Below, in pieces: positions 18,847-27,553 of a stretch of 64,000 nt of DNA (position 1 is its first letter; each line of letters begins with the position of its first letter). A program made the translations under genes and the position numbers. This stretch comes from Planctomycetota bacterium (GTDB lineage: Bacteria; Planctomycetota; GCA-002687715): positions 1,135-65,134 of the forward strand of contig NZBC01000204.1 of the NCBI GenBank assembly GCA_002687715.1, in the 5' to 3' direction. The notes below the pieces were generated by a model. The model did not search any database. It was not told the DNA's origin and saw only the letters and a program-made list of their open reading frames with translations.

Positions 18847-20175
18847 ATGGCCACCAAGACCAAGGCTTCGAAAGCCGGCAAGCCAAAGAACGTCGAAGAC
18901 AAGCCCGTCATCGGGGAATCCGGCTTCGACAAGTGGATGGACGACGTCCGGGACAACCCGGTCAAGTGGATGGTCAAAGTCGTGATCCTCGTGGCCGTCG
19001 TCTGCGGCGGCTTCTTCGCTTGGAACTACTTCACGGAGAAGAGCGAACAAGATCGTCAAGATCAGTGGGACAAGATCACGAGGACCTTCGACGCCAGCAC
19101 CTCGGTCGAGCGCTACGCCGTGTTGACCGAGGTGGTGATCCCGGACGACGCGGACATCGCTCCCTACTACTGGTTCCTGCGGTCCAAGACGGCGTATGAC
19201 GCGGCCTTCGAATCGGAGAAGATCGACGACAAGATCGCATTCCTGAAGAGCTGCAACGACGACTGCGCCACGCTCATAAACAACTACAAGACCAGTGCTT
19301 GGGTCTCTTTGCCATGGAAGAGCTCCCGCGGCCGACCGGAGCCCGCCCCGTCCCTCGCCCGGCGCATCCAGAAGCAAGCCCAGGCTCAGTACGACTGGCT
19401 CGTGAAGCACCGGACCGCCGCCCCGCCCGAGCTCACGCACGACAAGAGCGTCCTGGCCACGCTGAACCTGAAGGACGTCGAGGACAAGAACGCGAAGACG
19501 TACACGTTGAAGATCCGGGTCTACTCCGCGGCGGCGCCCTATGCGGTGGACAATTTCCTGGAAGTCATCCGGCGCGGATGGTGGAAGGGCAAGCACGTCT
19601 ACGGCGCCCAGGAAGACGATCCCAACACCACCTCCGTCGATGCCGTGCTCCTCGGATCGGCGTTCTCCAAGCTCGCAGATCGGTCCGACGTCCATGGCAC
19701 GGAGGACGACTGGGTCGGCTGGACCCTGCCCATCGAGAACAGCAGCCTCACCGCGAAAAGCGGCATGGTCGCGTTCGACCTGCGGCGGGAGGCCAACGCC
19801 ATCGCCGGCGGTGCCCCCGCCAAGCTGGTGATCTACACCAGCGACGACGTCCTCAACTCCACCGACCGCATCATCTTCGGTGAGGTCGAGGACAGTTCCG
19901 AGGCGATGGACTGGCTCAAGAACATCGGCTTCGACAACCTGAAGACCGTCAACACGGGTGCTCCAGGGACCAACGTCCACCCACTGAAGCTGAAGATCGG
20001 CATCGCTGACATCACAGTGGAAGGAGCGCCGGACAGCCCGCCCGCCACGCCGCTGCCCCACACCTGGACCGATCCCAAGGACCCGGACCCGCTCCCCAAG
20101 AAGGACGACGAAGGAGAGGGCAAGGAGGACGGCGCCAAGAAGGAGGGCGGCGCCGAGAAGGACAAAGAGAAGTAA
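18847..20175 (+). CDS. Membrane-anchored cyclophilin-like (PPIase-fold) protein, catalytic motifs degenerate
   Basis: N-terminal TM anchor (WMVKVVILVAVVCGGFFAW). The central part, ...YTLKIRVYSAAAPYAVDNFLEVIRRGWWKGKHVY...SGMVAFDL...RIIFGEVEDSSEAMDWLKNI, follows the cyclophilin layout (AP.TV.NF..L...G.Y.G..FHR ... G.hAMA ... hFG.V..GMDVh..I) but lacks FHR and the Q-G-G blocks. Lys/Glu-rich tail. Confidence 0.5.
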   Translation: MATKTKASKAGKPKNVEDKPVIGESGFDKWMDDVRDNPVKWMVKVVILVAVVCGGFFAWNYFTEKSEQDRQDQWDKITRTFDASTSVERYAVLTEVVIPDDADIAPYYWFLRSKTAYDAAFESEKIDDKIAFLKSCNDDCATLINNYKTSAWVSLPWKSSRGRPEPAPSLARRIQKQAQAQYDWLVKHRTAAPPELTHDKSVLATLNLKDVEDKNAKTYTLKIRVYSAAAPYAVDNFLEVIRRGWWKGKHVYGAQEDDPNTTSVDAVLLGSAFSKLADRSDVHGTEDDWVGWTLPIENSSLTAKSGMVAFDLRREANAIAGGAPAKLVIYTSDDVLNSTDRIIFGEVEDSSEAMDWLKNIGFDNLKTVNTGAPGTNVHPLKLKIGIADITVEGAPDSPPATPLPHTWTDPKDPDPLPKKDDEGEGKEDGAKKEGGAEKDKEK

Positions 20176-20179
20176 AGCC

Positions 20180-21112
20180 CTATACTGTCAGGGTTTCTGA
20201 CTCATCCTCGTCCGGGCCCGCGAACCGCGGGGCCTCCCCTCGCAAGCGCCGCACCAGCCGATCAAGTTCCCGCGCCGTGTGGTAGTGAATGACCACCCGG
20301 CCGCGCTGGAGCGACCCCGGCAGCGACACCTTGGTTCCCAAGAGCTGCTGCAGCTCCTTCTCGAGCGAAGCCTGGTTCGGGTCCATCGGGGCGGTTGGGG
20401 ACGCTCGCTTCTTTGCCGAAGGCGAAGAGGCCGTGCGAGCCAACTCCTCGACCTCCCGGACGCTGATGTTCTCATCCTCAATCTGCTTCGCGATCTGCTC
20501 CTGGCGTCTCGAGTCCTTCACGCTGAGGAGGGCCCGGGCCGCCCCCATCGAGACCGTTCCACGTGAAACACGTTCTTGGATGGACTGCGGCAGATCGAGG
20601 AGCCGCAAGAGGTTGGCGACCGCCGGCCGACTCATTCCGACCGCTTTGCCGACTTCCTCCTGGGTCAGGGAGAAGTCATCGGCCAGGTGCTTGAAGGCTG
20701 TCGCAAGCTCGAGCGGACCGAGGTTCTGGCGCTGGATGTTCTCGACCAGGGCCCACTCCAGCATGCACTGGTCGTTCGCCTCGATGACCACGGCTTCGAT
20801 TTCTTTCCAGCCCAGTTCCCGGCTGGCCCTCCACCGCCGCTCTCCTGCCACCAGCTCGAAGCCGGTGTCGTTCTTCCGCACCACAATGGGCTGCATGAGT
20901 CCGTGTTGACGGAGCGACTGGATGAGCTCATTCAGTGCGTCCACGTCGAACTCGCGGCGCGGCTGGAACGGGTTCGGGACGATCTCGTCGGTGGCGACGG
21001 CCTGGACGCGGTGGCCTGTCTTGTTGATCAGGTCCATACTGAGGTCCCGCCCGCGAGCGGCCGAGATCAGGCTCTCCAGGCTCCTCCCCAGCCGCTTGCG
21101 ATTATCCGCCAT
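20180..21112 (-). CDS. parB: Chromosome-partitioning protein ParB
   Basis: MADNRKRLGRSLESLIS...IVPNPFQPRREFDVDALNELIQSLRQHGLMQPIVVRK...FELVAGERRWRASRELGW (GERRxRA box)...HTH LTQEEVGKAVGMSRPAVANLLRLL. Confidence 0.95.
   Translation of the reverse strand: MADNRKRLGRSLESLISAARGRDLSMDLINKTGHRVQAVATDEIVPNPFQPRREFDVDALNELIQSLRQHGLMQPIVVRKNDTGFELVAGERRWRASRELGWKEIEAVVIEANDQCMLEWALVENIQRQNLGPLELATAFKHLADDFSLTQEEVGKAVGMSRPAVANLLRLLDLPQSIQERVSRGTVSMGAARALLSVKDSRRQEQIAKQIEDENISVREVEELARTASSPSAKKRASPTAPMDPNQASLEKELQQLLGTKVSLPGSLQRGRVVIHYHTARELDRLVRRLRGEAPRFAGPDEDESETLTV
20555..20570. other. parS-like site (14/16 match to TGTTTCACGTGAAACA) inside parB
   Basis: CGTTCCACGTGAAACA at 20555..20570. Confidence 0.5.
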
Positions 21113-21764
21113 CTTGCATCACCTCCATCGCCAATTCGACATAACATCTTGCAATGCGGCCGGTTGGGGCCGTATCGACTGCGCACCCCGGGGGCATGGA
21201 CTCCGCCGTAGGCACCGTGAACGGAAACACCTCGACCGGGAACGAGCGCTCCACCTGGAGCAGGAACCTCTCGAATCCTTCCAGCTCCCGGTCAGCCCGC
21301 GTCACCAGAAGCCCCAGGACCTTCAGGTTTGCGTTCCCCTCACCCAGGATGGAGGTCAGCGTCGCCATGTCCTCGGCCAACCGCGTCAGACTATCCCGTC
21401 CCGGGGACAGTAGGAACACGATCTCGTCCGTCATCATCAGCAACGGGTCGACGGACTTCTCGGTGGCGGGAAGATCCAGCAAGAGGAAGTCCGGCGTTTC
21501 CCGCCACGTCTCACAGGAGGATGCGACATCAGCAGGGCTGAATCCCGCGGGTGGAAGCGCCAGCTCGAGCCGCTCCCGGACTCTCAGTGGTCCTTCCGAG
21601 GCCTCCGCGGCCTGACCCAGCTGGACCGCAGCAGGCCACTGGTCGTCGAAATGGACCAGAAGCGTGTCGTTGCCCGCACGCCCGAGTAAGACACCCAGGT
21701 TGACAGCCGCGGTGGTTCGGCCCACCTTGGACTGCCGCCCGAAGAACGCGATGACTCGACCCAT
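21102..21764 (-). CDS. ParA/Soj-fold protein with a degenerate deviant Walker A
   Basis: Internal ATG (21764) of ORF 21102..21872: MGRVIAFFGRQSKVGRTTAAVNLGVLLGRAGNDTLLVHFDDQ...DFLLLDLPAT...LKVLGLLVTRADRE... This is colinear with ParA (IAIANQKGGVGKTTTAINLA...LLIDLDPQ...ILIDCPPS...GILLTMYD), but KGGVGKT is replaced by QSKVGRT. It overlaps the parB start by 11 bp. Confidence 0.75.
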   Translation of the reverse strand: MGRVIAFFGRQSKVGRTTAAVNLGVLLGRAGNDTLLVHFDDQWPAAVQLGQAAEASEGPLRVRERLELALPPAGFSPADVASSCETWRETPDFLLLDLPATEKSVDPLLMMTDEIVFLLSPGRDSLTRLAEDMATLTSILGEGNANLKVLGLLVTRADRELEGFERFLLQVERSFPVEVFPFTVPTAESMPPGCAVDTAPTGRIARCYVELAMEVMQDGG

Positions 21765-21789
21765 GAACCCCCGCCGCCGATCTTCACTT

Positions 21790-21805
21790 TGTTCCACGTG
21801 GAACG
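21790..21805. other. parS-like perfect 14-bp palindrome in the parA-like/membrane-protein divergent spacer
   Basis: TGTTCCACGTGGAACG at 21790..21805 (13/16 to the parS consensus). The core GTTCCACGTGGAAC is a perfect palindrome. Confidence 0.5.
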
Positions 21806-21827
21806 CTGGCGACGTTACGCCAAGCCG

Positions 21828-22604
21828 ATGAGCCCTGTCCACCTCCAAGCTCTCGCCCGCGAAGGTTTCCATAGTCTCTGGCGGACGCGAGGTGGCCTCT
21901 ATCTCGTGCTGGGCGGAGTGCTTCTCTCCATCATCGCCCTGGCGGCACCGCTTCCGTTCCGTGAGACAGGGCGATTCTCACTGTCCGCTTTCGCACTCGT
22001 GGACCAGCTCCTCGTCGCCCTTCTTCTCGCCTCGCACATCCTCTCGACCCGACCCCCGGCTCCTCCCGCCTGGTGGCCCGTCGAACCCCTGACGGCGCTC
22101 ACCGTCCGGGGATTCGGCATGGTCGGCGGATTGGCCGTCGCGATGGGAGCCCTGGTTCTGCTTCAGATCATCCTTGCATGGGGGTTCGGAGACCTCCACG
22201 CCGCAGTGCCCCTGCAGGAGGAGCCCGTGAACCTCGCGGGCTCCTATCTCGACCTGTGGATCGGCCTCCTGCTCTACGGCAGCATCCTCGTCGCCTGGTC
22301 CCAGACCCTGCGGACGTTTCTCGGCGGCGCGTTGGCGCTGCTTGCGCTCCTGGCCCTGGTGTTCACGGCCTTCCTCCTGCCCCGCCTGGCGCAGGAGCAC
22401 GCCGCGATCCAGCCCCTGGTCGCGATGATCCCGGACCTGTCCAACTTCGCTCCGGTGGAGACGCTCTCCGGTGAGGGAGCCTCCGGCCGGCATGTGATGT
22501 ACCTCTTCGCCCATCTCGGGGCGGTGTGGGCCTTGGGCGCCACCGCGTTGACAATTCGTCACGGACGTGGTGCGAACGTTGAATTCGGCGGACAAGGCCC
22601 ATAG
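21828..22604 (+). CDS. Multi-pass inner-membrane protein, function unknown
   Basis: ATG at 21828 within ORF 21789..22604. About six hydrophobic helices (LYLVLGGVLLSIIALAA, LVDQLLVALLLASHIL, MVGGLAVAMGALVLLQIILAW, LDLWIGLLLYGSILVAW, LALLALLALVFTAFLL, YLFAHLGAVWALGATAL). Confidence 0.6.
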   Translation: MSPVHLQALAREGFHSLWRTRGGLYLVLGGVLLSIIALAAPLPFRETGRFSLSAFALVDQLLVALLLASHILSTRPPAPPAWWPVEPLTALTVRGFGMVGGLAVAMGALVLLQIILAWGFGDLHAAVPLQEEPVNLAGSYLDLWIGLLLYGSILVAWSQTLRTFLGGALALLALLALVFTAFLLPRLAQEHAAIQPLVAMIPDLSNFAPVETLSGEGASGRHVMYLFAHLGAVWALGATALTIRHGRGANVEFGGQGP

Positions 22605-22676
22605 AATCCTCGAATCTGGCGTCGAGCCTGGGGAGACGAGACGTCTCCTAACTTCAGCCATAGCAAGGGGTTTGGG

Positions 22677-23402
22677 TTGCGCTACGGCATCCTGGGAGAC
22701 ATCCACGGCAATCTCGAGGCGCTCAACGTCGCCGTCGAGACTCTGGAGCACCGAGGGGTGGATCGCTTCCTCCAGATGGGCGACCTCGTCGGCTACGGGG
22801 CCGACCCGGCTCCCTGCATCGCGCGGATCATCGAGCTCCAGGCCACCGTCGTCGCGGGCAACCACGACTGGGCGGTGATCGGCAAACTCGACACGTCCTT
22901 CTTCAACGTCTACGCCCGCGAAGCCGTCGAGTGGACACGGTCACATCTCTCCCGCGAGGACCGTCGCTTCCTTGAGGAGCTCCCCCTCGTCGAAGAGGTC
23001 GACGATCAGGTCACCCTCGTCCACGCGACCCTCGATCAGCCCGAGGTCTTCGATTACATCCAGACCTACTACGACGCGCACCGGTCGTTGAAGGCGTTGC
23101 GCACGCTGGTGTGCTTCATGGGGCACTCGCATGTTCCGATGGCGTTCCTGCAAAAGGACACCATCGTCCACTCCAACTCCGAGCACTTCGCGCTCAACGA
23201 TGTCGAGCACGCGCTGATCAACGTCGGGAGCGTGGGACAACCGCGCGACGAGAACCCGAAGACCGCCTTCGCGATCTACGACACCGACACGCACGAGTAC
23301 ACCCTCTTCCGCGAGGAGTATGACTCGGAGATGACAGGCGACAAGATCCGCAAAGCGGGCTTGCCACCAATCCTCGGCGAGCGTCTTCTCTACGGTCGTT
23401 GA
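22677..23402 (+). CDS. Metallophosphoesterase (calcineurin-like fold), canonical motifs intact
   Basis: TTG start; (M)RYGILGDIHGNLEAL (DxH), MGDLVGYG (GD), VAGNHD (GNHD), VHATL, FMGHSHVP (GHxH). Confidence 0.8.
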   Translation: MRYGILGDIHGNLEALNVAVETLEHRGVDRFLQMGDLVGYGADPAPCIARIIELQATVVAGNHDWAVIGKLDTSFFNVYAREAVEWTRSHLSREDRRFLEELPLVEEVDDQVTLVHATLDQPEVFDYIQTYYDAHRSLKALRTLVCFMGHSHVPMAFLQKDTIVHSNSEHFALNDVEHALINVGSVGQPRDENPKTAFAIYDTDTHEYTLFREEYDSEMTGDKIRKAGLPPILGERLLYGR

Positions 23403-23427
23403 CCAAACGACCGTGTGCTTCGCGGGA

Positions 23428-23910
23428 TTAGAGCTCCGGCTCGAGCGGCACGATCTCCGCGCGCACCGAGTGTCCCTCGATCTCCAGCAACCCGACCGTT
23501 CGCGGGTTCTTCACGCGACGGCGTCCGCCGGTGCCCGGGTTGAGAAAGAGGCGGTTCTCCACCCGGTTGTTGAACGACTCTCCGTTGCCACCAAAGAGCA
23601 CCACCTGCGGATCGAGTTCTTCGATCTCTTTCTTCGTGGTCCGCGCCAGGTTCATCGGATCGCCGACACGGTAATTCATGTAGACGCCGACATCGAACCA
23701 CTTGCGGAACAGCGTGCGTTCGAACGGGTACTCGGAAGAGTTGTCTCCGTTCCCGAGCACGCCCGTGATCGGCGCGATCTGCGACAGCTCGTCCAGCAAC
23801 GACGGGTCACCGATGTTCCCGCAGTGCAGGATGTAATCGACCCCGTCAAAAATAGACATAACGGGAGTGGGCAGGACGCCCGCCGTGTCGCTAATGACTC
23901 CGATCCACAT
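23428..23910 (-). CDS. YfcE/MJ0936-like phosphoesterase-fold protein with most metal-ligand histidines replaced
   Basis: MWIGVISDTAG (DxH becomes DTA), LHCGNIGD, VLGNGDN, YMNY in place of HGH, LFGGNGES in place of GHTH, NPGTGG retained. It lies 30 bp downstream of the HPr-fusion gene on the same strand. Confidence 0.65.
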   Translation of the reverse strand: MWIGVISDTAGVLPTPVMSIFDGVDYILHCGNIGDPSLLDELSQIAPITGVLGNGDNSSEYPFERTLFRKWFDVGVYMNYRVGDPMNLARTTKKEIEELDPQVVLFGGNGESFNNRVENRLFLNPGTGGRRRVKNPRTVGLLEIEGHSVRAEIVPLEPEL

Positions 23911-23939
23911 GGAAGCCCCTTTCCCTGGGGGAGCCCGCG

Positions 23940-25313
23940 TCAGCGGGCGAGGTAGGCGAGTTCCTTCGGCAGAGGGGTGTCCGTCTCGCCCAGTCCGGTT
24001 TCGAAGAGCAGCTTCAGGTCGGCAAGCGGAGTGCCGTCACCGTCGAACACCACCTCGCGCACCTTGGGGTTTGCTCCAACGGCCATGAGCACCTGAAGGA
24101 TCGAACCGGCGTAGCACGTGGTTTCGCCGACCTTGATGCGCACCGGCGTACCGTAGTGATTGACGATGCGGGTGATCAGCGACACCGGTCGCGCGTGCAG
24201 GCTGATCCCATCCGGGATCATGCACGCGACCTCCGTCTGCAGCGTGTAACGCTGCACGAGCGCCTCCGCCTGAGGCACCATCTCGCTCATGTACACATGC
24301 AGCCAGTGCAAGCTGTAGTTCAGGATCCGATCGAGCACCATCTCCTTGTCTACGAGATCGGAGACGCGGTTCTTCGCGAGCTCACAGCGGACGTCGTTCT
24401 CGTGTCGCTCGTAGAAGTGAACGAGTTCGATCATCACCTCGAGGATGTGGAGGCTGGCAACGACGTAGGTGCGGAAGCGGGGCAGGTCCGGATCCTGGCT
24501 CTCGATTGACGTGCCTTGGATGTACGTGTCGTATCGCGACAACGTGTTGTGGATGCGCGTCGTGAAAAAGCGCACCTGCTGCTCGTCGCTCACCTCGAGG
24601 ACGAACGTGCGCATCGATTCCAGGTCGGTCCACTTGGTGAGACGACTCTCGCGGTCGAGGATCTCCTTGTGCGCGAGGAACTTCGACGCGATCTCCGCGA
24701 TCCAGCGTTCCTTCTCAGGCACCGAGTCCTCGTCGAGGTCCTGCGGCAAGGCGAGGTTGTCGTCGCGGCTCCGGGTCATCGGCGGCCCCGGATGGAACCG
24801 GAGCGATTCTCCGAGCAGGCGGCCCGCTTCACTGAACACCTCCTCCTGGAGGTTGGCGAGCGACCACTTCACGAACTCGAGAGTCCGCCTCACCTCATCG
24901 CGGAATTGCTGCGCGTGAACACCAGCGGGCTCGGGCAGCTCATGGCCGAGCCGGACCTCGAGGTGGGCCAGGTGACGCCCCATCTTGGCGAACCCCCGCA
25001 CGCACGCCGTGTACTCGGCCAATGCGGCATAGGTGCGGTTCAGACGGGCGCCGTGGTCGTCCAGGAAGGTGCTGAAGTCCTGGGCGAGCTGCAGGATCCC
25101 CGAGAACGCGCGCCGCGCTCTGTCCCCGCCCTCGACCGTCCGCTCGGTGAGCGCCTTGACGGCCATGAAGGGCTCGAGGTGCCGTTTCAGCTGAGGAATG
25201 AAATCCTGGGCGCTGAAGCTCACCTGGACCATGGGAGTGGAGGTGTTGCTACCGACTTCCTGCAACGTGGTATTCCTGCGCAAGGTTGCCGCACCCGATC
25301 CTCTCCCGGGCAT
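23940..25313 (-). CDS. Protein of unknown function (~355 aa helical N-terminal region) fused to a C-terminal HPr (PTS phosphocarrier) domain
   Basis: The last ~90 aa, EVACMIPDGISLHARPVSLITRIVNHYGTPVRIKVGETTCYAGSILQVLMAVGANPKVREVVFDGDGTPLADLKLLFETGLGE, align with HPr. The active-site His lies in GxxLHARP (His codon 24195..24197) and the Ser46-equivalent in AGSILQVL. Start uncertain (ATG 25313 or 25232). Confidence 0.7.
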   Translation of the reverse strand: MPGRGSGAATLRRNTTLQEVGSNTSTPMVQVSFSAQDFIPQLKRHLEPFMAVKALTERTVEGGDRARRAFSGILQLAQDFSTFLDDHGARLNRTYAALAEYTACVRGFAKMGRHLAHLEVRLGHELPEPAGVHAQQFRDEVRRTLEFVKWSLANLQEEVFSEAGRLLGESLRFHPGPPMTRSRDDNLALPQDLDEDSVPEKERWIAEIASKFLAHKEILDRESRLTKWTDLESMRTFVLEVSDEQQVRFFTTRIHNTLSRYDTYIQGTSIESQDPDLPRFRTYVVASLHILEVMIELVHFYERHENDVRCELAKNRVSDLVDKEMVLDRILNYSLHWLHVYMSEMVPQAEALVQRYTLQTEVACMIPDGISLHARPVSLITRIVNHYGTPVRIKVGETTCYAGSILQVLMAVGANPKVREVVFDGDGTPLADLKLLFETGLGETDTPLPKELAYLAR

Positions 25314-25565
25314 GGCGACGAACCGGACTCAAGGGAGGGCTACGAGACCCTTGGCCCAGACACTTCCAAGCCGCACTATAGCTCGGCCAGAGGTCCGTAG
25401 CAATAACCAAGTGCCGGCCACATAAGGACTAAAGACTCACAAGCCTCGGACACACAAAGGCTTCTGGTCGTTCCCCGGACGACGGGGGCCCCCGGGAGGA
25501 GAGGCGACGGCGGGTCTCCCGTCTTCCGTTGAAGAAGGAACGAGCCCGCGGCAACCCAGTCCCCC

Positions 25566-26717
25566 ATGAGCGTCACGCATATCAGGATCCTGGCGGTCAT
25601 TGCAGTCCTCCTGGACCTCGTCGCGGCCGCGACCGTGGCTTGGTTGCAGGATGTCCATGTGGATCCCGTAGCGCTGGGCGTGCTCCTCCTCTCCCTCGTG
25701 CTCTATCGTCACCACGAGGTGATGCGGTGGCGCCGGGTCTCGGTCGTCGTGGTCGCGGGGATCCTGTCGGCCGGACTCGCGGGAGGGGTCCTGGTGGGGC
25801 TCCAAGCCTCCGGCCTGACCGTGGATTGGAGCTGGTGGAGCCTCCTCGTGGCGCCGTGGCCCGGGCTCGGTCTGGCCTGGCTCTCCGGGCGGGTAGCCAG
25901 GCGTCCATTGCGAGTGGTGGGTCGAGGACGAGAAGCGGCCTGGCTGCGTGCGGCGCTACGGAAGACGCCGGGCTGCCCGTGGAAAGAGGCCGGGGACCCG
26001 GCTGGTCCGGAACCCCGGGTTCCCGTGGCCGGCCTTCCCGGCTCGGTTCCCCACGACCTCGCCGCCGCCGCGTCCACCCCAGGAGGACCGATCCCGCTTC
26101 ACCGGGAGGGACCCGCAGAGGGTATGGGGGCCGCCGTCAAACGATCGTTCGACCTCGCGTTCGTGATCGTCGGGATGCCGCTGTTCCTCCCGCTGACCCT
26201 GATCCTGGGCATGCTCGTTCGGCTCGCCGGGGGCGGACCCGCCTTCTACACCCAGGAGCGGATCACCCGCGGAGGCCGCTCCTTCCGAATCCACAAGATC
26301 CGGTCCATGGGGGTGGACGCCGAATCTCGTGGGCAACCGGTGTGGCCGGAAGAGAATGACCCTCGTATCACCGGACTCGGCCGCACGTTACGGCGGTTCT
26401 GGCTCGACGAGCTGCCCCAGTTCTTCGACGTGTTGCGCGGCGACTTGTCCGTCGTCGGACCGCGGCCTGAGCGGCCCTTCTTCGTTCAAGAATTCACGCG
26501 CTCCTTGCCGAACTATCCCCTGCGTCACCAGGTCATGGCGGGGATCACAGGGTTGGCTCAGGTCTCGGGTTACGTCGGCAACACGTCTCTCGAACACCGA
26601 CTTCACCTGGACCTTCGATACGCCCGGCGTTGGAGCCCGCTTCTCGACCTGAAGATCCTCGTGGGAACCGTATTGAGTGCGTTGCGACAGCCTCCGATCA
26701 AGGCGCAGGAGAGCTGA
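25566..26717 (+). CDS. Polyprenyl-phosphate sugar-phosphate transferase (bacterial sugar transferase, WbaP/WcaJ-type C-terminal domain)
   Basis: N-terminal TM helices, then [55 protein letters not shown]...[40 protein letters not shown]. Confidence 0.85.
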   Translation: MSVTHIRILAVIAVLLDLVAAATVAWLQDVHVDPVALGVLLLSLVLYRHHEVMRWRRVSVVVVAGILSAGLAGGVLVGLQASGLTVDWSWWSLLVAPWPGLGLAWLSGRVARRPLRVVGRGREAAWLRAALRKTPGCPWKEAGDPAGPEPRVPVAGLPGSVPHDLAAAASTPGGPIPLHREGPAEGMGAAVKRSFDLAFVIVGMPLFLPLTLILGMLVRLAGGGPAFYTQERITRGGRSFRIHKIRSMGVDAESRGQPVWPEENDPRITGLGRTLRRFWLDELPQFFDVLRGDLSVVGPRPERPFFVQEFTRSLPNYPLRHQVMAGITGLAQVSGYVGNTSLEHRLHLDLRYARRWSPLLDLKILVGTVLSALRQPPIKAQES

Positions 26718-27553
26718 ATCGAGGGCACACCTGGACGGGGGGCACTCCCATCGCGGCTGAAGCGACCGTCAGCATCTATCTGAAGGAGATCAACTCCGTC
26801 GACCTGCTCAACGCCGAGCAGGAGAAGGAGCTGTCCCGCCGTGTACTCTCCGGCGACCACGAAGCCCGTGAGGCCATGATCCGCGCGAACTTGCGGCTGG
26901 TCGTGAGCATCGCCAAGAACTACGTGAATCGCGGTCTCGGGTTCATGGACCTCATCGAGGAGGGCAACATGGGCCTCCTCAAGGCGGTCGAGAAGTTCGA
27001 TCCCGACGCGGGGTGTCGGTTCTCCACCTACGCGACCTGGTGGATCAAGCAGTCCATCCGCCGCTCTCTCATCAACAGTGTGAAGACCGTCCGCATCCCC
27101 TCCTACATGGTCGAGCTCATCGGCCGGCTGCGGACGGCGCAAATGACCCTGACCGACCGGCTCGGCCGTACCCCGACCGTGGAGGAGCTGGCCCACGCTC
27201 TCGAGCTCCCGGAAGAGAACGTCACGGCCATCAAGCGCGCCATCGCCACCAACCGAAGCATGTCGCAGCCGATCCCGATCGACTGCAACGACGGGTCCAG
27301 TGACCTGGTCTCCGACGACCGGACCCCCGGTCCGGACCAGATCATCCTCGAGCAGAACCAGATCGAGAAACTCCGCGACCTCCTCGAGGACATGGGGGAT
27401 CGGGAGGCGTTGATCCTCAAGCTCCGCTACGGGCTCGGGGGGGCCGCTCCCATGACGCTGAAGGAGATCGGTCAGAAGGTCGACCTGACGCGGGAGCGCG
27501 TCCGCCAGATCGAGCAGCGCGCCTTGCTGGGCCTCAACCGAATCCTCTCCTGA
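26630..27553 (+). CDS. RNA polymerase sigma factor, RpoD/sigma-70 family (regions 1.2-4, no region 1.1)
   Basis: [23 protein letters not shown] (region 1.2), [58 protein letters not shown] (region 2), [11 protein letters not shown] (region 3), [24 protein letters not shown] (region 4.2). The only in-frame start upstream of region 1.2 is TTG 26630, which overlaps the preceding gene by 88 bp, so the start is uncertain. Confidence 0.85.
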   Translation: MEPASRPEDPRGNRIECVATASDQGAGELNRGHTWTGGTPIAAEATVSIYLKEINSVDLLNAEQEKELSRRVLSGDHEAREAMIRANLRLVVSIAKNYVNRGLGFMDLIEEGNMGLLKAVEKFDPDAGCRFSTYATWWIKQSIRRSLINSVKTVRIPSYMVELIGRLRTAQMTLTDRLGRTPTVEELAHALELPEENVTAIKRAIATNRSMSQPIPIDCNDGSSDLVSDDRTPGPDQIILEQNQIEKLRDLLEDMGDREALILKLRYGLGGAAPMTLKEIGQKVDLTRERVRQIEQRALLGLNRILS

